A stretch of DNA of 63,910 nt, filler included, from Craspedostauros australis (lineage: Eukaryota), in assembly GCA_030167865.1 (NCBI GenBank). It is 17 parts of 17 records of this genome, joined end to end, with 100 filler letters (N's around TTAATTAATTAA, not from the genome) between each part and the next. Parts side by side here need not be neighbours in the genome. Positions count along the whole stretch, not along the records: positions 42,931 to 47,830 come from JALAGF010006273.1; positions 47,931 to 49,573 come from JALAGF010006274.1; positions 49,674 to 51,310 come from JALAGF010006275.1; positions 51,411 to 52,963 come from JALAGF010006276.1; positions 53,064 to 57,372 come from JALAGF010006277.1; 12 more parts are not named here. The stretch is one strand, 5' to 3'. The notes under the pieces were generated by a model. That model did not search any database and was not told the DNA's origin. It saw only the letters and a list, made by a program, of their open reading frames with translations. The position numbers and the translations under genes were made by a program. Below, piece by piece: positions 46,090 to 57,472 of the stretch; position 1 is the stretch's first letter, and each line of letters opens with the position of its first letter.

Positions 46090-46926
46090 ATGAACGAAGA
46101 TGGTAATCCTGACGACAACGGCACCTCCGTTCCCGAAGTCACCCTGGAAGATCTCGAGACTGCAGCGAAAGGTGGGGATCTGCGAACTGTCCAACGATGG
46201 AAGCAGCAGAATCCAACACGCAATGATGCCTGGGCCAAGCACAAGGACGGTGAGACCCTTCTACGCGATGCATGCAACAATGGGCATCTGGATCTTGTCA
46301 AATACTTGCTTGATGACTTCATACCGAACGTGGAGGATGATGGCAATATGGTGCGCGGTGCACTGTGGTATGCTTGCAAAGGAGGTCAACTCGACATTGC
46401 GAAGTACTTGATCGAATCGCGCGGAGTTGATGTGAACGCTCAAAATGAATGGGGTGAGTCTGCTCTTCATCTCGCATGCTGCAGAAATAGCACACGCATC
46501 GTGAAGTTCTTGGTAGAGTCACTTGGTGCGGACGTTCGCATTGAAGACCAATACGGTTACCTTCCCATTCACAGTGCATACTGGCGTAAGTCGGAGGATG
46601 TCATGAAATACTTCATGGAGTCACACGGCATGGATGGTAATGTTCAAAACAAGAACGGTGACACTTTCGTCCATTTGGCATTCAAGAATACTGATGGTGC
46701 CTGTACCGAGGAGGTGAAGCGTCTGATCGAATCATGCGAGCTGGATTTCGGCGTCAAGAACAACGATGGCAAGACTCCAGTTGAGTATCTCAACGAGGGT
46801 TTGTATACTCGTGAGTTCACTGTCAAAGACTGGCCATTTTACTACGAAGAAATGCGCGAGTTTGCCGTCATCTTCTACAACGGATTGATCAGGCAGAGGG
46901 AGAAGGATCGGGAACAGCAAAAATAG
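46090..46926 (+). CDS. Ankyrin-repeat protein, divergent paralog of 13476-16127, truncated before the BTB domain
   Basis: About 5 degenerate ANK repeats (ACNNGHLDLVKYL, ACKGGQLDIAKYLIES, GESALHLAC). The N-cap VTLEDLETAAKGGDLRTVQRWKQQN resembles VTNQQLINAVKAGDLWVLKEWKKQN. Confidence 0.85.
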   Translation: MNEDGNPDDNGTSVPEVTLEDLETAAKGGDLRTVQRWKQQNPTRNDAWAKHKDGETLLRDACNNGHLDLVKYLLDDFIPNVEDDGNMVRGALWYACKGGQLDIAKYLIESRGVDVNAQNEWGESALHLACCRNSTRIVKFLVESLGADVRIEDQYGYLPIHSAYWRKSEDVMKYFMESHGMDGNVQNKNGDTFVHLAFKNTDGACTEEVKRLIESCELDFGVKNNDGKTPVEYLNEGLYTREFTVKDWPFYYEEMREFAVIFYNGLIRQREKDREQQK

Positions 46927-47930
46927 ACCTTGACCCGATATCCCTGTGAAGAAGCTCCCAAACAACCAAATACCAGCGCCGGCACAAGCGACCAGGACAA
47001 CCCCCAAGAATCCAGCGACGAGGTCATAACTGGCGCCACCTTGTTTGGATCCGGCGACGCACTGCAAGCGATCAAGGCAAAGAGCGTCGTCATTCATCCA
47101 ATTCGGTGAGCTCAAGGTGGCGATTGAAGAAGAGCTTGGAGACAAAGTGGATGGAGCCTGTGTGATCTTAACATAAAGAAGAATTGAATTATTTTCATGA
47201 CGACTTGTCTGTCCCATCCGCGAATGTCACAAGCGAAGATTCGTGGACGCGAAATCAGGCTTGGCTCTCGCTGTCGGTGCCATGAACAACTTTCGTCCTC
47301 GAGGTGGTTGTGCTTCTTGCTCGTGAACGGACGGTGGAAATTGCAGCGCACTTGTTATCGTCGATGCGAATATCGATGTCGCCTGCGTGCTTGGTGGCTG
47401 CGCCTTGCGTTTGTTTGGCATCTCCTTGGGTGGAGCATGTATGGTTGTGCTTGAGTCGGTGGTCTTCTTTTCCACTGCTGTTGAGTTGAACGCCAACAGT
47501 GCTCAGCTTGGGGTGGTTGAACAGGTCATCACCCGATCCGATCCGATCCGATCCCAGTCTCACTCATGAGGAGCAACATCCTATATGCTGAAGAGCACTG
47601 GCGTAGCCTTGTCTGGAAAGGCAAGGCAAGGCCAGATCCAATTCACCCATTTCGTTTCCAGTATCCACTCCTCCCGTTGTTGCAGAATCGGAGGCCATGA
47701 GGAACCGATACTCCTTTTTGACGTTGCATCGGCGAAGAATGGTGAACAATAGTGTTCTGATCAAGAGGGAGACCCCTCTGCTTCACAAGAGCCAGGACGG
47801 AGCAACTCGAGATGCAGCAATCGTCAGCGGNNNNNNNNNNNNNNNNNNNNNNNNNNNNNNNNNNNNNNNNNNNNTTAATTAATTAANNNNNNNNNNNNNN
47901 NNNNNNNNNNNNNNNNNNNNNNNNNNNNNN

Positions 47931-49573
47931 CTCCTCCTACGCCGGAGTTGTCAGCTTGCAGTCACTCCGAATCGCCCTACTCGCTGGCGAACTGAACGGA
48001 CTCAAGACCATGGTTGGCGACATTGGAAACGCCTACCTGGAGGCATACACGAAGGAGAAGATCTGCTTCGTAGCCGGCGACGAGTTCGGGGAGCACGCAG
48101 GCCANNNNNNNNNNNNNNNNNNNNNNNNNNNNNNNNNNNNNNNNNNNNNNNNNNNNNNNNNNNNNNNNNNNNNNNNNNNNNNNNNNNNNNNNNNNNNNNN
48201 NNNNNNNNNNNNNNNNNNNGATGTATGGATGCGTGATGCAGGTCCGCACTGGGAATACGTATGTGTATACGTGGACGATCTCATGGCAGTCATGTCTGAC
48301 CCACGCTCCTTCTTCGACACTCTCACTTCGCAGTATGGCTACAAGCTCAAGGGTGTTGGCCCCATCTCCTACCATCTAGGAGCAGACTTCGGAAGAGACA
48401 GCGACGGCACAATGAAGATCAGTGCGCGTTCCTACATCAAACGCATGCTNNNNNNNNNNNNNNNNNNNNNNNNNNNNNNNNNNNNNNNNNNNNNNNNNNN
48501 NNNNNNNNNNNNNNNNNNNNNNNNNNNNNNNNNNNNNNNNNNNNNNNNNNNNNNNNNNNNNNNNNNNNNNNNNNNNNNNNNNNNNNNNNNNNNNNNNNNN
48601 NNNNNNNNNNNNNNNNNNNNNNNNNNNNNNNNNGTCATGACTCTCTCCCGTTTCCGTGCATCACCAAGAGCAGGACACATGGACAGAGTGAAACGCATCT
48701 ACGGGTACCTTCGTAAATACCCAGATGCCTCCATCCGCTTCCGAACCGGAATCCCCAACCATGAAGAACACTACGACATCCCGCAGCACGAATGGATGNN
48801 NNNNNNNNNNNNNNNNNNNNNNNNNNNNNNNNNNNNNNNNNNNNNNNNCATGCTGACTAACTACGAACAGATGTTCGACGGACCACCCAACAAGACCAGC
48901 TGCCCCATGGACAAGGACGACAGTCCTGAGCTTGATACGACACCCGAGCTCGGGGAGATCGATCGAACCAAGTACATGTCGTTGATCGGAGCCCTCCAAT
49001 GGTGTGTGTCTCTGGGAAGGATNNNNNNNNNNNNNNNNNNNNNNNNNNNNNNNNNNNNNNNNNNNNNNNNNNNNNNNNNNNNNNNNNNNNNNNNNNNNNN
49101 NNNNNNNNNNNNNNNNNNNNNNNNNNNNNNNGCCTCCATCCGCTTCCGAACCGGAATCCCCAACCATGAAGAACACTACGACATCCCGCAGCACGAATGG
49201 ATGTACTCTGTGTACGGACCCAACCGAGAGGAGCTGCCAGCAGATGCACCAACAGCCAAAGGCAAACCTGTACGTACCACGACTTTTGTTGATGCGAATC
49301 TCATGCACTGCAAGGTGACTGGAAAATCAGCAACCGGTATCGTACATCTCATAAACCAAACTCCCATCGAATGGTTCTCGAAGCGACAGTCCACCGTGGA
49401 GACGGCCACCTACGGATCAGAGTTCGTGGCAGCACGGTTGGCAACAGAACAGATCCTATCCATCCGCCTGATGCTGTGCGAAATGGGAATACCTGTGGAC
49501 GGCCCGAGCTGGCTCTTTGGTGACAACCAGAGCGTAGTCACATCCTCCACCATCCCCACCAGTGTACTATCCA
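47931..49573 (+). mobile_element. pol: Ty1/copia pol fragment: reverse transcriptase + RNase H
   Basis: GDIGNAYLEA, YVCVYVDDLM, FVDANLMHCKVTGKSATG, VETATYGSEFVAAR and LFGDNQSVV. Confidence 0.95.
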
Positions 49574-49673
49574 NNNNNNNNNNNNNNNNNNNNNNNNNNN
49601 NNNNNNNNNNNNNNNNNTTAATTAATTAANNNNNNNNNNNNNNNNNNNNNNNNNNNNNNNNNNNNNNNNNNNN

Positions 49674-51310
49674 GGAAACCAAGCCACACAAGCAGTATGG
49701 AGGTGTCACCCACGCGAACCTGGCCAGGTACACCACAGGATCCACCGAGGGAACCGATTCCCAGGACGAGAATGGATCGGATCTATCCTCGATAGACGCT
49801 TCGGAGCTTGCCAAGTTCCTGGTCGATTATGGAGGACACGAGGAGAACGGCAACGACCGGCTCGTGAAGATGATCACGATGAGNNNNNNNNNNNNNNNNN
49901 NNNNNNNNNNNNNNNNNNNNNNNNNNNNNNNNNNNNNNTCAGTACCCGAACAGCTGATCAACCTGGCGACCTTCTCTCCGCAAACATACGCGGTATGCGA
50001 CGGAGGCGCACAATGCTGCGTTATCGGGAACAAGGACCGGGTATGGAAGATCGACTACATCTACCCGCATCGGACGTACAACATCGTCGGTGCCGTGGCC
50101 AGCACGATGAGGAAGAACAACCTCGCGGTGGTAGACNNNNNNNNNNNNNNNNNNNNNNNNNNNNNNNNNNNNNNNNNNNNNNNNNNNNNNNNNNNNNNNN
50201 NNNNNNNNNNNNNNNNNNNNNNNNNNNNNNNNNNNNNNNNNNNNNNNNNNNNNNNNNNNNNNNNNNNNNNNNNNNNNNNNNNNNNNNNNNNNNNNNNNNN
50301 NNNNNNNNNNNNNNNNNNNNNNNNNNNNNNNNNNNNNNNNNNNNNNNNNNNNNNNNNNNNNNNNNNNNCAATGCCTAATGCCTAACGAAGACACGACGAT
50401 CAACTTGGAGATGCGAGACGCGCTGATGACGTTCGACGTCTTTCCCATCATGTAGGACGATGAGGATCTGCCCACCTATGACATCACCCCAAAGCAAGGA
50501 TGGAACCCTTCAGATCACCAAGGAGGACACATATGCAACGTGCCCATGGGTTGCTTCCTTACCAGGGACCCAATCGGAGGAGACAAGGTAGTCGACTGGA
50601 ATGACCAACCTGATGCACCGCATGACGCTGGAGCGATGGATTCAAGCGCCCACAACGCATCGAAGGATCCCATGGAACCCGGGACACGCCAGACCAAGGA
50701 CGGTATCCCGGATGATCCCATGGAAGGACGAGAACCCATGGAACCCAACGCCCGTCACCCAGTCGAGCACGCCGCAGGAGAGCCCAACCGTGTACACGAG
50801 GAGTACCCCAAGGTGGACGCATTCCTTGATACTCTAAGTCTCGAGGAGCTCATCGGAATGACACATGCAATTGACACGGTAACATTCGCGAAATCGGCTA
50901 CCGACACTGCCATCTCGATCCAAGGCACCCTTTTCGACATGGTGGACAATCTCTCCGCGGGAGACATCGACCACCTATACAGGGAGCTGGGCATCGATCG
51001 CGAGGCTAACGCGGTAGGAACGGACCAAAAGGGATACACCGAGTCAACCAACGTTCCATCGACAAAGGTATCAGATCCGGATGACGAGGCAGACAGCGTC
51101 GTCTCATCCTTACACTCGGTAGGATCCGAACCGGCGTTCCAGAGCAATCGGGAAACATTTCGCATCCCCAACGAAATCGGCGTGACCAAGGCAACGCGCG
51201 CTGACACCCTCCGAGGAGACCCACGAAGCGCACCTGAATACCATGGGCACACCAAATGCGAGAACCCCGTCGGGATCGATGATCCGGGAAAGGACAATCC
51301 CATGGACACC
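49674..51310 (+). mobile_element. Probable LTR-retrotransposon gag-pol fragment (aspartic protease region and spacer)
   Basis: YAVCDGGAQCCVIG resembles a retropepsin active site and is followed by an acidic open frame. The region is heavily gapped. Confidence 0.5.
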
Positions 51311-51410
51311 NNNNNNNNNNNNNNNNNNNNNNNNNNNNNNNNNNNNNNNNNNNNTTAATTAATTAANNNNNNNNNNNNNNNNNNNNNNNNNNNNNNNNNN
51401 NNNNNNNNNN

Positions 51411-52963
51411 GATCATGCAAATCCTCAGCACGGTGAGCAACGAATACAGAACTCACATCGTGAACTTCCAACACCAACTCACGTTCAATCCGGATCTGGT
51501 TACCATCAACACGATCAGAGGAGTACTCCGCGCTGCATACGCCACGCACAGAGGAGGCAAAGCATATGTCGACGACTTCCAAGACAGTAACACGAAGAGC
51601 AACGACACCGGCTTCACAAGTACCGGTAACTTCAAGGGTACTTGCCACAACTGTGGCGTGTATGGCCATAGATCCGCCGATTGCCCAGAACGCAAGAAAT
51701 CGAATAACAAGAAAAACAACAACAACAACAACAACAAGATGAACGGAAANCGCAACAAGGGAAGCGGCTTCAAGGGCAAGTGCAACTACTGCGGCATCTT
51801 CGGACACCGCGAGGCGGAGTGCCGAAAGAAGAAGTTCAACGAGAAGAAGGCCGACGAGCAGGCCAACACAGCCACGGAAGGACACGACAAGAGCGGACAC
51901 GAGATGGTACTCTCGGCAAAGGACATGCCGCTCTGCATGTTGGTGTCCGACGACTACATCGAAGACTCCTTCTTCGATAACTTCGAGTACGTCGGGAGTG
52001 ACGACGAAGTGCAGGGTGATGAGATCATCCCGGAGTGGCTCAGCGAGGAGCCAATCATCCACGAGGTGGATCCAAGACGCGAAGTGAGCTACGAATGCTG
52101 CTTCAACGCGCACGACCTGATCGGTTCATACGGCGACGAAGCTGAGATGGACGAAGAGGCCAACGATAGCGACATCGAAGAGGCCATGAGCGATGACGAC
52201 GACGACGCTGACGAGGACGGCGGAGATGAAGACGACGAAACGAACGGCGGCGCGGCGCCGCCTCCTCCAGCGGCGGGGAACAACAGATCGGGCATCTTCG
52301 ACGAAGATGACAGCGACGAATCCGAAGACGGCAATCATCCAGACGACAGTTTTAATCCGAACGAGCGCGTCGTCTATCCAAGAGACATCGACTTCCCACC
52401 GATTGAGAATCCCAACCAGTCCAACTACCTCCATCGTCATGACACCGTCCCATATGCAACAGAAACAGCATTGGTGATCCAGAAGCAACTCATCTTCCAT
52501 GCCGTAATGGAAGCAGGAACGAACCTCTTCCCAGGGCATGTCCAAGGAGTGCTCAGACCGATATGGGTGAACATGATGGGATCAATCCTATCCGAGAACT
52601 TCAAATCGATCGAAGAGATTCTCGCCAATTCGGTTGTGATCAATCGCATACTGGAAGCAGCCGAGACAGAGACGATCCCAGAGACGGATCTTCATTACAT
52701 CCTTGGAGGATGTATGCGNNNNNNNNNNNNNNNNNNNNNNNNNNNNNNNNNNNNNNNNNNNNNNNNNNNNNNNNNNNNNNNNNNNNNNATTCCATCGGAC
52801 TACGCGCAACTACCCGACGACATGGATGACGGAGACCATCATCATCCATACAACGAAGATGGAGTCCACGAAGACGACAACGACGGCAGCTTCAACGACG
52901 AGATAGCTGCGGCAGCTGTGGAGCAACTCCACGAGCTGAGCACCAAGTACAAGGACAAGGTCA
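51411..52963 (+). mobile_element. gag: Ty1/copia gag with two CCHC zinc knuckles
   Basis: FKGTCHNCGVYGHRSADC and FKGKCNYCGIFGHREAEC, followed by a long acidic linker. Confidence 0.85.
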
Positions 52964-53063
52964 NNNNNNNNNNNNNNNNNNNNNNNNNNNNNNNNNNNNN
53001 NNNNNNNTTAATTAATTAANNNNNNNNNNNNNNNNNNNNNNNNNNNNNNNNNNNNNNNNNNNN

Positions 53064-53404
53064 CAAGACCAGGAGAGATGAAGAAAGACCCAAAGGCGAG
53101 AATAACACGGAGTATCGTGTAGATCAACATGCCATCTTGGGCAATGTCTTAGAAAAGACTGCGAGAGAAACCACGAGGTAATCGAGCAGCACGTTAGCAA
53201 CCGTGCANTAGGCACCATCATTAGAAATAGGAGATCATCATCTCATAATCCAAACTCAATCATCAATTGACACACTAACTTAGCAACAACCAAATACACC
53301 AAACATCTCCAACTTCACCAATTGGATTGATCACCCAGGCGGCGTTGTAAGTGCAGTGTTTGGTGCTCCCCTCTTGTCCTGTGTGTAATTGCTGATTATC
53401 ACTG
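53064..53404 (+). mobile_element. LTR-like repeat, copy 1
   Basis: Both ends match 59330-59670 at identical spacing; the shared sequence ends at GCTGATTATCACTG. Confidence 0.7.
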
Positions 53405-56400
53405 ACATCGCATCCCTCATCGAGCACATAGCAGACGCCACCAACCACAGCGACAATGACACCAACAGTTCATACGAAGATTGGGTTATTGATACCCCAA
53501 TCGATCTTGACAGTGACAACAATGATGACATCCTTGGTGTCCACAACGAAAGCAATGTTGACACCAACAACGTCGATACTGGAGTCTACCCTGTTGGCAA
53601 TGCTCATGTGGCCAACAATGCACCAGCAGCCATGCTGATTGCTGCCATTGTTGCTGCCGCCAACATCATCATCCCCAATGATGCTCGCACTAACACAACT
53701 ACAACCAGCACATCTGCAACCAGCACATCCGGAACTGTTGAACAACCAGCTCTGACAGAACCAGAACGAGTGGCTTCTATGGGCCTGCAATGGAAGATGC
53801 TGGATCCCAACATGGCAGAGTTTGTGTTGCTGTGGGAAAGGCCTTGCTTGATGCAAAGGTGCACTACAAGCAGCTCACAAATGGACAAGACAAGTCATCG
53901 AAATTGGAGGCCAACCTACGAGCCTCTGTTGCGCAATGGTCAGAGGATGACTGCTCAGCAGAAAGTCTGCACCTGTCTGCGCTCGCGCAATGGAAACAAG
54001 TGTCCAGCCAAGACGTTGCAAAGCAAGCTCAGCCTCACCCTGAACACCCATGGGAAGGCAAATTGCAAGCACTGCATGGTGCCGCCAAACCGTTTTCAAC
54101 GGCTGTGCATGAAGCAGCTTTCAAAGGACATGGACATCCTCTACAAGACTGCAATGATGGCTGCTTCGACCAATGCAAACCATTCCATCCCATCTCCTAG
54201 CCAGACAACAAACAACTGCAGGACCCGCACGGCATCGCCCGTGAGAAGGGAGTCAGTGTTGCCCAGGCTGCTGCAACCCAGCAGTCAAGTGATGCTGCAG
54301 CCAGTATCAACCGCGACTCTGGCAGGTATACAATTGCACCTAGTACATGCAGTTGTTGTGCCTCCCCTTCATTCACATCGTCCGCATTGATGTTTGCCAC
54401 ATCAGCTCCTCCTCCATCCACATCTACAACGCACAGCACGAGGTCATCTGCTTCTAGACGGACGAGGCCAGCTCGACTCACACCAGCATCAAGGCGCACA
54501 AAGTCCGTCCACTGCCATCAAGGACAATCTTTGTCTGCTCGGCAGACTTGAACATCCACAACCTCAGTCACCAGCACTTTCGCTCTCCCTTCATCTCCAG
54601 CTCAATCCTCCATATCTTCAACTTTGGCATGTAACTCACACCCCACTGAAGAAGCCGCAGCTGCGGCATCTGCGCCCAAGACTTCAGGCTCACCTGCCTC
54701 ACAATCCACATCGTCCACATTCAACACACCGACCCCTTGCACATCAGGCATGCCAGCTTCTGACACTGCAGCATCGAGCACATCTGCCTCTGGTCCACCC
54801 ACTACTGCCACATCCGTGTCGAATGCAGGTGCTTCCAGTAGAGCAGAGGCTGCAGACACATCAGCATTCACTGATGCATGCCTACCAGATGATAGCACAG
54901 CTGCACGCAAAAATAGAGGTAGCTCAGAGCACAGCAATCCTTCATCCCCATTCAACCATGCAGACTAAGCCACAGCAGCAACAAGGAACAGTAACTCCAG
55001 TCTCCAGACTGATACACAAGGAGAACACAACAAAAATGATGNNNNNNNNNNNNNNNNNNNNNNNNNNNNNNNNNNNNNNNNNNNNNNNNNNTGAAGAAGC
55101 CGCAGCTGCGGCATCTGCGCCCAAGACTTCAGGCTCACCTGCCTCACAATCCACATCGTCCACATTCAACACACCGACCCCTTGCACATCAGGCATGCCA
55201 GCTTCTGACACTGCAGCATCGAGCACATCTGCCTCTGGTCCACCCACTACTGCCACATCCGTGTCGAATGCAGGTGCTTCCAGTAGAGCAGAGGCTGCAG
55301 ACACATCAGCATTCACTGATGCATGCCTACCAGATGATAGCACAGCTGCACGCAAAAATAGAGGTAGCTCAGAGCACAGCAATCCTTCATCCCCATNCAA
55401 NNATGCAGACTAAGCCACAGCAGCAACAAGGAACAGTAACTCCAGTCTCCAGACTGATACACAAGGAGAACACAACAAAAATGATGTGCTCAGCAAACGA
55501 AGTGATGGCACCGCATCACACCAGTTGCTGGAACTGCAGCAACAGCTTGCAAAGACGGCTTTGCAGGCATGGTTCATGAAGGCCTGGCATGGTAAATCCT
55601 ATGCCTACACATGTCTGGGACACGCAGACGAAGAACTACTGATGAGAGCAGCCATGGACTGCGAACATGTGAGTGGAATCAACACGACCATCAAGGCCGC
55701 ATTTCATGCTGGCCTCGTCCNNNNNNNNNNNNNNNNNNNNNNNNNNNNNNNNNNNNNNNNNNNNNNNNNNNNNNNNNNNNNNNNNNNNNNNNNNNNNNNN
55801 NNNNNNNNNNNNNNNNNNNNNNNNNNNNNNNNNNNNNNNNNNNNNNNNNNNNNNNNNNNNNNGCATCGGAAATGTGGAACATGTGCACAATTTCCCAACT
55901 AGCACCCATCTATATCTGAATGCACAAGATGAAACGTATCGCTCACTCTTCTGGGCAGACAAAGAAATGATTCAGGTGCTTCACCATGCATATGTGTTTG
56001 GTGTGAGCAGAGCTCTGATTGTGATTGGTATGTGCGTCTTGTGGCAAATGCAACACAGGTTCTCCATGTCCGAATGGCTTCACTTTGTTCCGTACCAACC
56101 TCATCTGTCTTCTCACACAACTGTGGATCCCTTTTCCACAACCACTGACTCACATGAATGCTCGATTGGGCGACAGGAGACAAAAAGGGAAACATCCTGT
56201 GCATTGTAGGAACGAGGTTTCCCCTTGGCCTCTTGCATCATTCTGAGAACGTTCCTGAAGATGCATCCTGTTTGCTCTTGGCGTTTGCCTTCCCCGAAAT
56301 TCCAGAGGCAGATCAGCAATCATCCAAGACGCTCCATACAGAGCTTCTCAAGCTGAACCCAAAGACGAACAAGTTCTGCAGGGCAAGCAAGAACCTGCGG

Positions 56401-57260
56401 AACATCACAGGGGATGGTGTATTCCATCACAAGAAGACTTGACAAACCCACCACAACATTCTTGCTTTCCCAGTACCTCCAGTGAAGACGTTCCTCCCCT
56501 GAACTGTGATGTATGGAACTGCCTGAATGGTGGGTCTGACATAACAACAAAGCTCATCCAGCAGCACAAAGCGTCCCCACTCATTGCAACAATCCATTGC
56601 ATAGCAGTTGGTTGACAGCTACAACCCATGTTTGTGGCACCGCACTGATTGATTCACTACGCAACAGAGGCACACTCCGATCATGAAATTGAAGCAGGCT
56701 ACACTGGCACCATCGAACATTATCCCAGCAGAGTAAATCATGAGTGAAGCCTGAACAAGCTGATGGGATGAATCATTGCTCGGTTGCGCAAGTTGCTCGC
56801 AGTCATGGCTGCAGACGAAAGAAAGGGCAAGAAACAAAAGGGAGTCACGGAGATGGTGGCCCACAACAATGATATCATTCCAGCAGGCGGGTCAGCCGTC
56901 GAAGATGGCGAGATGCAGCCACAGGGATGCCCCGAGGACCGTCAAAATAAAAAGGAATGCTTGTCAGCCTATCCACGATGGATCCCGAGGAGGAGATCAA
57001 AATGACCAAACGGTTGCAGCAGGGTGAGCATGCAGCAAGGTACTGTCCAGACGTGAGGGGAACCTGTGTTGCCTGTTCAGTGTGTAGACACTGGATCTGT
57101 CCAGGATGCAACTTGTATGCTTGCTGATACATCGAAGCTGACAAACAGGAGTGGCTCACAACATGTGGCATTGCCCTAACCATGGCGTTAAGAAACATCG
57201 CAAAAGGAGCGGACGCAATCATTGTTCACAACTAATGTCATCGAATTGTGCACAAGGAGC
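53405..57260 (+). pseudogene. Decayed, rearranged piggyBac-like transposase gene (same family as 26710) with a YqaJ-like segment and a Cys-rich tail
   Basis: 53405-53850 is homologous to 26727-27180. 55570-56030 reads WFMK..LGHADEE..GLV..QVLHHAYVFG. About 56460-56560 reads PVPPVKTFLP..WNCLNGGSDITTK. About 57060-57125 reads CVACSVCRHWICPGCNLYAC. Confidence 0.5.
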
Positions 57261-57472
57261 CTGTCGAATGGGTAGAGAAGGTGAAGGTCCAGCATCAATG
57301 AGAGAAGCCACCACAATGAACGCCTTTATCAGCGCAAACACAGATGAGACAACCACCACAGCTACAAATGCANNNNNNNNNNNNNNNNNNNNNNNNNNNN
57401 NNNNNNNNNNNNNNNNTTAATTAATTAANNNNNNNNNNNNNNNNNNNNNNNNNNNNNNNNNNNNNNNNNNNN

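Noticed and set aside
31374..55485. Direct repeats flanking N gaps (31374/31700, 36718/36769, 38155/38614, 42048/42487, 48727/49132, 54647/55092) as LTRs or real tandem duplications
   Set aside because: Each duplicate starts or ends at a gap, which is typical of overlapping contigs, haplotypes or paralogous TE copies joined by scaffolding.
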